Of a stretch of DNA of 64,000 nt, positions 26,098 through 38,313 are shown piece after piece (within the stretch, counting starts at the first letter, position 1; every line of letters begins with the position of its first letter). A model generated the notes under the pieces. It worked only from the letters and a program-made list of their open reading frames with translations, did not search any database and was not told where the DNA came from. Position numbers and translations under genes: made by a program. The DNA is taken from the sequence record MK250017.1; one strand, 5' to 3'.

Positions 26098-26721
26098 TTA
26101 ACTTAAATCGATTAATTTTTCATAATATTTTTTCAATATTTTTTCATCCAGTATATTATTACTTAACATATTTATATATGCTGTCTCAAACATATCATAA
26201 TTATGATTATATATATCATTTCTTATAATAGTAGATGAAACACATTCATTATTATATTCATCATTTCTATTAATATAATGTACAGGTTCAATATTAGCAT
26301 TTATATATATGGTTTTTACACCTTTAGTTGAATCATAATATTTTCCGTTTACTGAATATAATTGAACAAATTCATCTTTTCGTTTAATGTCATTACCTTT
26401 ATTTGATGTAACTAAACAGAATTTCTCATCATTAATTGAACTTCCAACATCATTATAACATTTACATATAGGTGCAGGATATTCTGATATACCAACATTA
26501 ATATTTACATTATATAGTTCACTTAACTTATCTTTAATATTATTTAAAAACCATAATGAACTATCTGCCGTAATATTATCTCTATTTTTAGATGATATAT
26601 AAATACGTACTTCATCAATATGAACATTATCGATATTGAATATGTGTGATTTCAATATCGATAAATGTCCATCATGAAATGGTTTAAAACCACCAGGGAA
26701 TAATAATATATTTTTACTCAT
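26098..26721 (-). CDS. HIGH-superfamily nucleotidyltransferase (cytidylyltransferase/NMNAT-like)
   Basis: FPGGFKPFHDGH (HxGH) and VSSTIIR motifs. Confidence 0.75.
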   Translation of the reverse strand: MSKNILLFPGGFKPFHDGHLSILKSHIFNIDNVHIDEVRIYISSKNRDNITADSSLWFLNNIKDKLSELYNVNINVGISEYPAPICKCYNDVGSSINDEKFCLVTSNKGNDIKRKDEFVQLYSVNGKYYDSTKGVKTIYINANIEPVHYINRNDEYNNECVSSTIIRNDIYNHNYDMFETAYINMLSNNILDEKILKKYYEKLIDLS

Positions 26722-26734
26722 TTATTTCTTATTT

Positions 26735-29290
26735 TTAAACTGACTTAATTCCAAATTTAGATGTATCAATACCTATTAAATTTTTAAGTGAAATACCTCC
26801 GAGTGTTTGCATTTCATGGAATGTTTTTAATATAAATTTAACATCTGGGTTAAATACAACAAATACAATGTCTTTTCTTATTTTTGAAGGTATCTGTTTT
26901 AATTGTTCCCAACCAGAATCTTCACCATCTGTAAATACCATAATAGTTGTATGTTTTTCACCATTATCATAATAATATGGTTTCTTAAGCTTAGTAACAC
27001 TTATAGTATTTCCTGGAATATCTGTACCTCCAGAACCACCTCGTTCTCCAAGAAGTTCAAGACGTTTTGAAATAGGTGTTTTAATATTCCACATTTCAAC
27101 ATCTTCAGGATGTATAGCACCTGTTGTAAAATAAGCTCTAGCAGAATTTAATACTTTACATTGTTTTTCTAATGTTACAATTTCTTTAAATATCTGATAG
27201 AATATACCATTACCATTACTATACATAGAACCTGAATTATCAATAAGATAAAATATATTTGCTGCATTATTCTCAGCAAATGGAACTTTTTTATATGGGT
27301 TGTATCTATCATCACGCCATGATTGTGACATTGTACGTTTTGAACGTTTCATCTGTGTTCCTGCTTCCATCGCAGCTGTAAAATGTTTCTTCATCTTCTG
27401 CTTCCAATTAGCAAGAGATTCCATATTTTTTAACTTATCTGCAATATCATTAAGTTTATTTGCAAGATCTGGTGAAACTTGATTTAATCTTTCTTTATTT
27501 TCTTCATTATATCTTCTAGATATTTCTACAGGATCACATGTTAATTCTTCTGCAGTATAAGGATCACCTGATTCTTTTGCAATTTCAGCCATTTGCTCTT
27601 GTGATAACATATCAGCACCACCAAATGTAGAAGATGTTGTTGTATCAAATTCCTTACCTTCAAGTTGTTCTTGAAGTTTATCTTCATCTGGTACAGAATT
27701 CATATCTTTATCGATTTGTGATTTCATCTTATCAATTGCTTTCTTAACATCTTTACGTGCTTGTTCACGTGCTGCTTTTTCTGTAGGAGACATTTGACCA
27801 GAATTTCTACCAGTTTTTGAATTTCCCATAGAACCTTGAGATGATTGGCTCATTTCACCGCTTTGACCAGATTGTCTATCTTGTGAATCACCAGAATCAT
27901 TTCCAGATTGTCCTTGATTATCACCATCATCATTTCCTAAATTTCCATATTCATCTGAATTTTCAGAATCATTATTACCAGATTGTGAATCATTTCCAGA
28001 TTGAGAATCATCATCACCTTGTTCATCAGAATCTGTTCCTGAACCTTTACCCATAGCTTTATCTAATTCTTTCTGTATCTCATCATTATATGCATCTTGA
28101 TACTCAGAAGATTTATCACTATTATCTGGCATATCATCCATACCATAATCACTCATAGTATCTGGATCTGCTGCACTTAAATCTGTATCATCATATGAAC
28201 CACTTCCTTGACCTTGTTGCCCATCAGATTGATTATTTTGATTACCTGATTGATTCTGTGATCCTTGATTTCCAGATTGTTGTTGAGATGAATCACTCTG
28301 CTGACCTTGTGAACCACCTTGACTTTGTGATTGGCTATTATCACCTTGCTGACCACTCTGACCTTGTTGCTGACTTTGTGAAGACTGACTATCACCAGAT
28401 TGTCCTTGTTGTCCAGATTGCTGTTGAGAATTATTTACCGGATTTTGATTAATTGGTTGTTGTGGTGTAGAAACTTTATTATAGAAATAAGCATCAAAAA
28501 TAATTTGCCATGGTTCCATTCTAAATCTATCATCAAAAATTCCATCACATTCTTCTGTTGCTCCAGCAAAATATTTTGGAATTTGTTTTTCAAGATCTCG
28601 ATTTATCTCAGCATCCATTGCAATATTTGCTAATTGATGATTCTTTCCACCTTGTGTTTCTGTTTTTCTTTCTGCTTGTTCTCTGTGTCTATATATCTGA
28701 TGATATGCTTCATGACAAATAACATAAAGAACTAATCTAGCCATTGTAATAACTCTATCAGATTGAGACATACGTTTACCTTGAGACATTAATTCCTTTA
28801 CTTGTCCTTTCCCTTTATATAAAAGTTGTTCAGCAAATACAGGATTAAATGCTATACGTACTCCATCTGATGCAGCTGTATCAATATTAAATGACCACAA
28901 AATAGGTTTATTAAATCGACCTAAAATTGGTCCTAATTCTCTGGTTGATGCAGCTTGAGTTTTTGCCATTTCACAGAAAGATGCAATTTCAGCAGGAATA
29001 ATTTCTTCTTCTGTTTGTTCTCCTGTTATCGCGTCAGTAATCTTCACTTTAACTGGCACACGCATTTTAGATACAGGAATAGAATATCCCATATCTTTCA
29101 TTGTAGCACCTTTATATAACTTTCGCAAATCTAAGCTTTTCTGTTTCATAAGTCTTCCCCATAAACCAGCTAATTCACGTTGGTTCTCTTCAGCAGACTT
29201 CATTTTAACACCCATTGTATTCTGTACGGTGTTTTTAGAATAAGCTTCGTATACTCGAGTTTTATTAGTTTTTAACTTTACCTTTACCAT
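26735..29290 (-). CDS. Metallopeptidase-vWA protein (DUF2201/vWA-like) with Gln/Ser/Gly linker
   Basis: IDTAASDG, CHEAYH (HExxH), NIAMDAEIN; C-terminal vWA LIDNSGSM, GGTDI, VFTDG. Confidence 0.8.
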   Translation of the reverse strand: MVKVKLKTNKTRVYEAYSKNTVQNTMGVKMKSAEENQRELAGLWGRLMKQKSLDLRKLYKGATMKDMGYSIPVSKMRVPVKVKITDAITGEQTEEEIIPAEIASFCEMAKTQAASTRELGPILGRFNKPILWSFNIDTAASDGVRIAFNPVFAEQLLYKGKGQVKELMSQGKRMSQSDRVITMARLVLYVICHEAYHQIYRHREQAERKTETQGGKNHQLANIAMDAEINRDLEKQIPKYFAGATEECDGIFDDRFRMEPWQIIFDAYFYNKVSTPQQPINQNPVNNSQQQSGQQGQSGDSQSSQSQQQGQSGQQGDNSQSQSQGGSQGQQSDSSQQQSGNQGSQNQSGNQNNQSDGQQGQGSGSYDDTDLSAADPDTMSDYGMDDMPDNSDKSSEYQDAYNDEIQKELDKAMGKGSGTDSDEQGDDDSQSGNDSQSGNNDSENSDEYGNLGNDDGDNQGQSGNDSGDSQDRQSGQSGEMSQSSQGSMGNSKTGRNSGQMSPTEKAAREQARKDVKKAIDKMKSQIDKDMNSVPDEDKLQEQLEGKEFDTTTSSTFGGADMLSQEQMAEIAKESGDPYTAEELTCDPVEISRRYNEENKERLNQVSPDLANKLNDIADKLKNMESLANWKQKMKKHFTAAMEAGTQMKRSKRTMSQSWRDDRYNPYKKVPFAENNAANIFYLIDNSGSMYSNGNGIFYQIFKEIVTLEKQCKVLNSARAYFTTGAIHPEDVEMWNIKTPISKRLELLGERGGSGGTDIPGNTISVTKLKKPYYYDNGEKHTTIMVFTDGEDSGWEQLKQIPSKIRKDIVFVVFNPDVKFILKTFHEMQTLGGISLKNLIGIDTSKFGIKSV

Positions 29291-29397
29291 TATGTTAGAA
29301 GTAAAAAAATCTTTTTAATATTTATTAAAATAAAAAGAGTGAACATAATTCAAATAATTATATTCACTCTTAATATATATTGTTTATTTAATGTTTA

Positions 29398-32184
29398 TTA
29401 TTTTTTCGCTCTACTCTTAACTGCATTACGTGTTTGATTGAAATCAAACTTCTCTGAACGTGCAAGAATATTTAATGCAGGTAAAATAGGAACTTTAGAT
29501 TCTTCAATCTGATGAACATGTGCAATCTATTGAAGACTTGGATCTTTCTTTGTACGAGCAGCTTCATATGCAGTAAGGGTCTTTCTAACTGCAACCGTAT
29601 TATAGAATTCTTTACGTAAATCTGAATCAATATTATTACACTTTTCAAATAATGAAGTTCTCATATTATGTGCGATAGAACCAATTTCAGTTTGAATTGA
29701 AATCTTAGCAATCCATGATGCAAAGTGTGCATATAATTGAGCAACACGTGAATTAAGTAATGAATTTACTTTATTACGTAATGTATCAATATCTTGTAAT
29801 TCTGCATCATCAAATAATAAGTTATGTGTCTTACCATTAATATTAAATGAATATTCTTTAATAAGTTTCTATGCAGCAGATGAAACCTGACTGTCTGATA
29901 ATGGTTTAGCATTTTCTAATGTTTCTATATCATTCTTTATATCTTCCTCAAGATCTCCAGGATATGCAGCTAATACCTATAATGGTAATTCTTTTGCAAT
30001 ACTAGAAATACACTTCCATTTAGAGAATTCTGATGTTGCATACATATCAACTGATAATGGTTTCTTATCATCATCATCCTAATATTCAGAAGGCATACTA
30101 CCAGTTTCCCAAATAGTTGTCATTACCTATGGAGTAAAGATCTTTGAATATTCATTATATGAACGCCATGCCTTCATAACAGGACCTGTAGCAGTTGCAC
30201 CATTTGTACCAGTATCATCACCAATTTTATCACGCATATTATCTGTAAAATATGTCATAAAAATATTATAACGTCCGCGTATACCAATTGAACTATTACC
30301 AGTTGGATCCAATTCATCAAGACCACCATGTTCATCAACCCACCAGTCCCAATAATCATCATCAAGTTCATTTAATGCATCAATTAAAACATTTGGAAGA
30401 ATTCCACCATAATATTCTTTATATGTATTTCCTTCATCATCTGTTTTTTCTTCTACAGAAGAATCAATTAATTTCTAATAATATTCTTTTCCAGAAATAC
30501 CATCAGGATTCTCTTCAAACAAATCAATTAAAGCATCTTTATAGAATGGTCCAATTGTATTTGCCCATGTACGAGGAGTAACCATACGTTTTGTACGTAA
30601 AATAATTTCCTGATTAAGAACATCACTAATCTTAGATAAAGAATCATTCTGATCTTCATGTGCTCTCTTATCTGCCTCTGGATTATCAAGCATATCATCA
30701 TATCCACCATTTACAATAGTAGAATACCATACATAATCATCTGAAGCTTCAATAAAATCTGTAATAAATGGTGGTACATTAGCTTCATGTGTCAAAGGAT
30801 CAACTTCACGTGCCCATTCAATCCATTCAGTCTTTGAAGGAACATATGTATAATGTGTAAAACGGTTTGTTTGTGCAGCAGTAGGGAAATATCTTCTATC
30901 TTCTGATTCTGCTTCATTCTCATCAATAGAACGGTTAGATGCAAGAACAAAACCCCATTTAGATGCAACAACATAATTATCACCAAATTTATGATCATTA
31001 ACAATACCCATGATAATATTTTGAACATTAGGTTCAACACGTGAATACTCATCCATAAATACAACACCACCTTCAAAAGGATGTCCATTAGCAGATGTAA
31101 TTTCTCCTGTATTATCAGTTGAAAGGAATCTACATGTATTACAAAAATAATCACGTTTCTTATTCTCTTCTGGATCTGATGTATTAAGATATACTGGTAA
31201 CCAAGTCTTAGGTGTATCTGTAAATCCTTCACGTGTATACATTTGTGATTTCTTTTTTGCTGAACCAGAATCAAGACCCCATCCAATTTCACGGGTAGCA
31301 TCACGAGGTAATGTCCAGTTTTCTATTGTATAACCAGCAAGCATAATAACTTCAAGATTCAAGTTAATTGCTTTATATTTAGCATTAGCCATATCTTTAA
31401 TAGTTTGCTTAATGATTGCAGTTTTACCAATACCAGGAGCACCCCATATAAGGAACGGAACAACATCAGAGTGTCCACCGAGAGGACCAGAAATTTGTTC
31501 ACGAATATTAGTCTTAAGTTTAGAAATTAATTGCTTAGAATTAATAGCAACACCAAAATGACTGAATCCATTACCATCTTTAACTGCATCATATGAATAT
31601 ACAGCTTCATTTAATGCTTTATATAATTTTGTTGGTTTATAATATGTTTCATTAACATATTTAATAGATTCAGAAATAGTTTCATCTGTTGTTCCTGCAC
31701 GTTTAATAACACGACTCCAGAAATTAACAATATCTCTACGGTCTTTTGCTATACCTTCTGCAAATGCCTAATCAATAGTCATACCACCAGTACCTGCAGT
31801 TTTCTTTAATGATGCAGATGGTGCAAAATAAACACCCTTTGGTAACATACCTTTTGATGCTTTAATTGCTAGGTTACCGACATTATTTAATGACCATGAA
31901 ACAACCTAATTAGCTGCATCATCAACAAGTGCAATAAAACCTCTTACTTTATCAGTAATATATGAAGCAACTTTCTTTCCGTATTCTTTAATCTTATCAA
32001 TAAATCCTTCATTAATCAAAATCTTATTCAATGGTATATTATTTTCGACATAATTATCATCGAAACGCATTGAACATGTATCATTTGATTCATTAATTGA
32101 TAAAAGAATACCATTAATCTTATACTATGTACCTTTAACACTATGTACAAGAGTTGCTGGTATATTCAATCTAGTTTTTACCAT
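29398..32184 (-). CDS. MoxR-like AAA+ ATPase, 928 aa (code 15)
   Basis: Walker A GAPGIGKT, Walker B VVFMDEYSR, sensor LASNR, QTNRF; fragments 30475-31392 and 30127-30312 join across TAGs; adjacent to vWA partner. Confidence 0.8.
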
Positions 32185-32309
32185 ATTTAAAAATCAAAAA
32201 AATTATTTTTTATATTTATCTTATGAAAATATATAGTATTATTCAGTTAAATTATTTATTAATAAAAATAAAAAGGTAAACTATGATTCAACATAATTTA
32301 CCTTTTTAA

Positions 32310-32741
32310 TTAAACTTTCTTAATATTTTTATGTTTTGAAAGTCCTATATTATCTAAATATTTATATAATTCTTTCACTGAATCTCTATGAATTATCTCT
32401 AATTCATCGTTAATAAGTGTTATTTCTATACGTGGTTTTTCATATAAAATATTATCTTCAATAATATAATTATTTGCTATATTATCTTCGATATATTCTT
32501 TCATATACAATTCATTTAATTTTGTCCTTGTTATTTTACCAGAAAATAACTGTTCAAATATATCATCTTTATAATATACACATTCAATTTCTACTTTAAA
32601 TCCATTAAATTTTAATCGTCGTCTCTTAACAGTACCTTTACGATGAATTAATGTACATACAAAACTTTCATTAAGAACATCTTTCTTATCAAATATTTTA
32701 ATAGAAATAACCTTATCTACGTTTATATATTTGTCTATCAT
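32310..32741 (-). CDS. Hypothetical protein
   Basis: 143-aa ORF abutting the upstream gene. Confidence 0.65.
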   Translation of the reverse strand: MIDKYINVDKVISIKIFDKKDVLNESFVCTLIHRKGTVKRRRLKFNGFKVEIECVYYKDDIFEQLFSGKITRTKLNELYMKEYIEDNIANNYIIEDNILYEKPRIEITLINDELEIIHRDSVKELYKYLDNIGLSKHKNIKKV

Positions 32742-33281
32742 TTACTTTTTAAATACATCAATATCATCATCCAAACCTGTACTCATTACTGTCTTTGAAC
32801 GACCTGAAGAAACTATTGTATACTCAATATCTGCGGTATTACTAATAAACCACTTTCCTGGATAACGTGCACACAAATCTCTATGCTCTCTTACAATATC
32901 TAACATTCGTTCCTGATTCTTCTGAAACTCTGTTCGCAATACCTCTACACTTTGCATAATATTCTTATAAAGACTTGCATCAAACTGAGGATTTGCTTCA
33001 GTAATCCACTTCATCAATGAACCATCATTTGCATCATAACGTTCACTCATGATATGTGTGTAAATCTTGTCAAAATCAGATGCATACTTATCACTGATTT
33101 GCGCCTGCTGGGCAATAACTTTCCACATCTTATCATGACAACCTTCAATCTTTCCACGCTGTGCTTCAGCTTCATTTCTCAATGAAATTTCCTGGTTATT
33201 ATATGTAAAATACATAGATACACCAGAGATTACAAAAATACCGATAATTACGGCAATAATAACAATTACAATCTTCTTCAT
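32742..33281 (-). CDS. Membrane-anchored helical protein (LemA-like)
   Basis: N-terminal TM MKKIVIVIIAVIIGIFVISGV followed by a helical domain YNNQEISLRN...; family assignment from memory only. Confidence 0.5.
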   Translation of the reverse strand: MKKIVIVIIAVIIGIFVISGVSMYFTYNNQEISLRNEAEAQRGKIEGCHDKMWKVIAQQAQISDKYASDFDKIYTHIMSERYDANDGSLMKWITEANPQFDASLYKNIMQSVEVLRTEFQKNQERMLDIVREHRDLCARYPGKWFISNTADIEYTIVSSGRSKTVMSTGLDDDIDVFKK

Positions 33282-33468
33282 AAATTATTTAATAAATTAT
33301 TATTTAGTATTATTTTTATTTAATTCATAAACAACAAAATGATGATATTCATCCATTGCTTTTTTTAATTGTGATGCATCAGTAGACAAATACTGAGCAG
33401 CAACATACATATTATCTGCTAATTTTTTTAATTTTTCAAATTTCTCATTTATATTCATAAAAATAAAA

Positions 33469-33693
33469 TTACATTACTTTTCTATAATATACATTTCCTT
33501 CTTCCTCAAACATTTCAATCTGAGAAACCTCATAATCTGTATATTCATTTCCGTTAGAAAAGTCTGTTAATTTTCCATCTGTAGATTTAATATGTCCAGA
33601 AATAGTATTATCTCCACATGGATGAATTTCATATACACCATTTGTATTCTTTACTTCTGTAATAGTTCTTACAATATCACCAATCATTACCAT
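33469..33693 (-). CDS. Hypothetical protein
   Basis: 74-aa ORF in TAG-free cluster. Confidence 0.6.
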   Translation of the reverse strand: MVMIGDIVRTITEVKNTNGVYEIHPCGDNTISGHIKSTDGKLTDFSNGNEYTDYEVSQIEMFEEEGNVYYRKVM

Positions 33694-33722
33694 ATTAATA
33701 TTTTTTATTTAATTAAACATTA

Positions 33723-34100
33723 TTAAAGTTTCTCTACCAATGTATCAAGATTATCTATAGTAATTCCTTGAACATCGAATTCTATTTTATTATCATTAAT
33801 ATTTTTTACAGTTAATACACTATAATCATAATAAATCTTATCACCTACTGTAAGTTCAGAAGCTTTAACCATTTTAGATTCACCATAATTATGAGTTTCT
33901 CTACGGAATTCATCCATACCTTCAATTGTAATTGGACAAATAGCTTCATAATGTTCTAATATCCATTCTTTACTACAATTGCCAGATACAAATTCAGGAG
34001 CACCATAGCCTTTTGGCAATCCTAAATAGTCCTTTACTTTAGACATATTATCTACATATTCTGATGCCTTATGCCACTTTATATTATTATTTGTATTCAT
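33723..34100 (-). CDS. Hypothetical protein (putative early gene)
   Basis: 125-aa ORF downstream of a TATCTTTG promoter motif at 34141-34148. Confidence 0.65.
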   Translation of the reverse strand: MNTNNNIKWHKASEYVDNMSKVKDYLGLPKGYGAPEFVSGNCSKEWILEHYEAICPITIEGMDEFRRETHNYGESKMVKASELTVGDKIYYDYSVLTVKNINDNKIEFDVQGITIDNLDTLVEKL

Positions 34101-34140
34101 AATCTTTATTTTTTAATTGTTTATTATTTCATTAACAATA

Positions 34141-34148
34141 CAAAGATA
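34141..34148 (-). promoter_or_regulatory. Bacteroidota sigma-A type -7 promoter element
   Basis: Minus strand (TGTG)TATCTTTG matches the TAnnTTTG consensus; about 40 nt upstream of ATG 34100. Confidence 0.7.
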
Positions 34149-34223
34149 CACATTTTATTTCAAATAAAAAAATCTTGGATAAAAAAATATCCAAGATTTA
34201 AAATGATAATTTAAAAATAATAA

Positions 34224-36431
34224 TTAATTATATGTATTTTCATACTCCAATAGTTTTTCCTTAGCATATTCTATTGTTATATGAAGTTGTTTTTCATCAG
34301 TTGCTGGCATTTTATACATATCATCAGATAATAATGCTTCTACAATACCTCTTAAACCTCTTGCACCTAATTTATTCTTTATTGATAATTTAACAATATA
34401 ATCATATACATCATCATCAATAATAAGTTCAATACCATCTAATTCAAATAATTTTTTGAATTGTTTTATAATTGCATTCTTAGGTTCAATCAATATTCTT
34501 TTCAAATCTTCTTCTGATAATGGATTAAGATATGTAATAATTGGAAGACGTCCAATTAATTCCGGTATTAAACCAAAATTCTTAAAATCTTCAGCATTTG
34601 CATATTTAAGAATATTATTATTTTCTTTATCTTCTATATATTGTTTATTCTCATCTTTAGATATAAAACCTAATGAAGATTTATTCATACGTCTTTCAAT
34701 AATTTTATCTAAACCTACAAAAGCGCCTCCACAAATAAACAAAATATTTTTTGTATCAACTTGAACCATTTTTGCATCAGGATGTTTTCTGCCTCCCTTT
34801 GGCGGAACATTTACAACAGTACCTTCAATAATCTTAAGTAACGCTTGTTGAACACCTTCACCTGAAACATCTCTTGTTATAGACGGATTACCTCCAGACT
34901 TTCTTGCAATCTTATCACAATTACCAGTAACAGTAACAAAATTATTTTGACGAATCATTATCATACCGCTAGGAACAGTAACACAATATACATCATCAGT
35001 AAAATCTTTATATACTTTTAATAATTTACTGTGTTGAGACATATATTTTTTATTTTTTATTACACAACAATATGAAATATTATATCCTTTTTTATATCTA
35101 TTATGAATAGAACAACTCATACCAGAAGTATGAGCAATAGTTTGTATAAATAACATTTCATCTAATTTAGAACTTGTAAAATATATATTATCATTATAAT
35201 AATTTAATAATCCATCCCAATATCTTAATTCATTTAAGAATAATTTCTTTTGTCTTATAGATGCGGTTATTAAACAATCTAGACATAATGTTTTCTTTCC
35301 ATCCTTAAAAAATGGCATATTAGATATATCACCAAAATAAAAATTATGGTAACTATTTTTTTCATTAAATGTATATGTATATTTTATATGTAAATTATTT
35401 AATATTTCATTTAATCTATTATATTTTCGTTCTTTTTTAACGGTTAAATAACCATATTTACCATTTTTTATACAACCATCTGCAGCAAATGCCACTATAA
35501 ATTTTAACATATCATCAGATATATCTATATCATTTCCGTCAAAAATACCTGTAACCGGGAAATCATATCCTTGATTTAATGATTTTTCTGCAATTACTTT
35601 TTTAATTATATATTTATCTCTGTATTTGCCATGACTAATAACAACTCTATTATGATTTGGTGTAGATGTATGTATTATTTGACCTGTTTTTGAATTTTGC
35701 AATGATAATAATCCATTTAAACACTTATGCTTTACTATCCTTTCAGAATTTACTAATGACATTGTGCTATCACTATTCCATTGCATTATCTTTGTAGAAT
35801 CTGTTAAATCTTTAAAAGAAATAAAACCATTTTCCGTCATTACTTCAGTATTTCCATCAAAACATTCATCTAAGAATACTATGCCATGTTCTGCTTTCTT
35901 AACATCATAATCACATGCTTGGAGAAGTCTTGTAATAGAAGTTTCTACATCATCACCTACGTAACCTGCTTCTGTAATTGAATTGCAATCTACTATGCTA
36001 ATAGGCACATCTAACATTTTTGCAATTGATTTCACTAATAACGTTTTTCCAACACCAGTTTCCCCACAAAGTATGCAATTTGACTTCTCAATTTCAACAT
36101 CATCAAATCCTTTTTGCTTTATTCGTTTATAATGGTTATAAACTGCAACCGCTAATCTTTGTTTTGCTTTATCTTGCCCAATAACATATTGATCTAGGAA
36201 TTCTTTAATCTCTGTAGGTTTCTTTACATCATCTTTATGAAATTCATCTTCTGGTATAAAATTTGTATTATGATTAATTATACTAAGATTCATATTATAT
36301 ATTTGATCACAACACTCATTACATATACTACCAAATTCACCATTAAATAATAATGCAACATCTTTTTTTGTTTTACCACAAAATGAACATTTGTTTTCTT
36401 TATTTGTATCTTTATCTTTCTTAACTGCCAT
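34224..36431 (-). CDS. clpX: ClpX ATPase interrupted by an intein
   Basis: N-terminal CSFCGK/CNECC zinc-binding domain, YVIGQ, KSN, Walker [15 protein letters not shown], Walker [36 protein letters not shown]. Confidence 0.95.
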   Translation of the reverse strand: MAVKKDKDTNKENKCSFCGKTKKDVALLFNGEFGSICNECCDQIYNMNLSIINHNTNFIPEDEFHKDDVKKPTEIKEFLDQYVIGQDKAKQRLAVAVYNHYKRIKQKGFDDVEIEKSNCILCGETGVGKTLLVKSIAKMLDVPISIVDCNSITEAGYVGDDVETSITRLLQACDYDVKKAEHGIVFLDECFDGNTEVMTENGFISFKDLTDSTKIMQWNSDSTMSLVNSERIVKHKCLNGLLSLQNSKTGQIIHTSTPNHNRVVISHGKYRDKYIIKKVIAEKSLNQGYDFPVTGIFDGNDIDISDDMLKFIVAFAADGCIKNGKYGYLTVKKERKYNRLNEILNNLHIKYTYTFNEKNSYHNFYFGDISNMPFFKDGKKTLCLDCLITASIRQKKLFLNELRYWDGLLNYYNDNIYFTSSKLDEMLFIQTIAHTSGMSCSIHNRYKKGYNISYCCVIKNKKYMSQHSKLLKVYKDFTDDVYCVTVPSGMIMIRQNNFVTVTGNCDKIARKSGGNPSITRDVSGEGVQQALLKIIEGTVVNVPPKGGRKHPDAKMVQVDTKNILFICGGAFVGLDKIIERRMNKSSLGFISKDENKQYIEDKENNNILKYANAEDFKNFGLIPELIGRLPIITYLNPLSEEDLKRILIEPKNAIIKQFKKLFELDGIELIIDDDVYDYIVKLSIKNKLGARGLRGIVEALLSDDMYKMPATDEKQLHITIEYAKEKLLEYENTYN
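34920..35864 (-). mobile_element. Intein (315 aa) with LAGLIDADG homing endonuclease
   Basis: Begins CFDGNTEV after Walker B DE; TSTPNH block B; FAADG and YWDG endonuclease motifs; VYCVTVPSG block F; ends VTGN before +1 Cys (CDKIARK). Confidence 0.9.
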
Positions 36432-36548
36432 AATTAAAAACTAAAACTTAAATAACTATAATAACAACATATATTATATATTATGTAATAAATAAAGTTT
36501 AAAAATAATACAAATAAATAACTAAGAACAAATTTATTAAAAAAAAGA

Positions 36549-37931
36549 ATGTAGACCATAAAAATTAAATATACAATAAACGATAATGATAAATTATTGC
36601 TTAATGATTATATTAGACAGTATAATCATGTATATCGTGTTGCATTTAATAATTTATAGTCACATAAGAAAAATAAATTATCCGAATTAACAAATTTAAA
36701 CAATATAGATTTATTAGATAGTTGGTTTATATAGTCTGCTAATTATGAAGTGAAAACTTTATATAAATTAGTTGGTGATAAAAAAGTTATATTTGGTGGA
36801 AGAAAAAACTTTATAAAAAGATGTTAGAATAAGATTTCATATGATGAATATAATTCTTATAGATTTCAACCATTATGTAGTTATGGTGAAAAGAAATCAG
36901 GTACGAAATCTGTTCATGGAAATAGAAAATTTAAATTATCAGATGACCTAATATTTATAACATTAAAATTAAAAGAAAGAAAAATTAAAATTAATCTACC
37001 AAAATATTTACATTCAAATATCAAATATATACTTAAAAATGTATATGTACACCAAATATTAGATGATACACCTATTACATATAAAATAGATTATAATTAT
37101 GTATATATTCAGTTTGATGAATCTGTAATTTTAAATAAAAATAATAATTTAGATAAAATATAGAATCGCGTATTATCATTAGATTTAAATCCTAATTATA
37201 TAGGTTGGTCTATAGTTGATTGGAAGTCAGAGAATGAATTCAATGTTATCAAATCAGGTGTTTATTCTATAAAGAATTTAAATGATAAAGTTTTTAATTT
37301 AAAAAATAAAGGTTACTCATCAGATTCTAGTGAAAGAAAATATATTTCAGATAAGCGTAATTTTGAGACAATATAGATAGTAAAGAATATAGTTAATAAA
37401 TCTATATATTATAAATGTCAACTTATTTCTATAGAGGATTTAAATATTAAATCTTCAGATTTTAATAAAGGTAAGCGACTCAATAAGTTAATTAATAATT
37501 CATGGTGTAGAAATACATTTGTAAATAATTTAACTAAAAGATGTAATATTCATAATATGAAATTATTAAAGGTTAAACCAGAATATTCAAGTTTTATTGG
37601 TAATTTCTTATATCGTTCATTAAATTTACCGGATATGATATTGGCTTCAATAGAAATAGGAAGACGAGGATATGAATTTTATAATCAATATATAAGTAAA
37701 GTAAAAGAAATTAAAAAGAATATAATAAAACCAGATCTAAATATGTTTAATAGATTGTATCTTAAGTCGTTGGAAGAATTTAAGTTACAACCAATATACA
37801 AAGATTTGATTGAATTATATTACTTCTTCAAAAAGTCTAAAATGATGTATAGACTTTCTATAGATTAGTTTAATCTATAGTTTTCTAGCTTATTTTCGAA
37901 TACTTCATATATAGGGTATTTTTGTTTTTAA
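36549..37931 (+). CDS. TnpB/Cas12f-like RuvC nuclease, 460 aa (code 15)
   Basis: Open from ATG 36549 to TAA 37929 with about 8 TAG; RuvC-I SLDLNPNYIG, RuvC-II ISIEDL, RuvC-III-like PDMILAS; N-terminal MQTIKIKY...YNHVYRVAFN. Confidence 0.7.
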
Positions 37932-38046
37932 AATTATACATAATGATATAGTTTATTAAAAAACATTATAAAATAAGTACATTATAGTCAAAAATTTGTT
38001 AATTGTTTATTTTATAAATAATAAAAGTAATCAGGTAATTAAATAT

Positions 38047-38244
38047 ATGAAAAATAATAAAAAGTCTCCTATTAAAAATAAAAATATAAAAGGAAAAATA
38101 GGTTCTGAAGGCGGTTATTATATTGATAACTGTCCTGTTTTAATTCCTAAAGAAAATATTAAATTTTTTACTGCAATGCAAAAAGCATGTTCAGTCAATC
38201 CATATGGAAATTATGGAAATGCATATAATAAGAAATTATTGTAA
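38047..38244 (+). CDS. Small basic hypothetical protein
   Basis: ATG 38047 within the track ORF; ends TAA. Confidence 0.5.
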   Translation: MKNNKKSPIKNKNIKGKIGSEGGYYIDNCPVLIPKENIKFFTAMQKACSVNPYGNYGNAYNKKLL

Positions 38245-38245
38245 T

Positions 38246-38292
38246 AAAAAAGAAGATATAAGTTTTTCAAAATTAACTTATATCTTCTTTTT
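38246..38292. terminator. Bidirectional terminator between convergent genes
   Basis: aaaaagaagatataagtt/aacttatatcttcttttt inverted repeat. Confidence 0.7.
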
Positions 38293-38313
38293 ATTTTATA
38301 TATTAATTTGTAA

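Noticed and set aside
36586-36690. Apparent compensating frameshifts at the start of the TnpB-like gene
   Set aside because: Re-reading shows a continuous frame from ATG 36549
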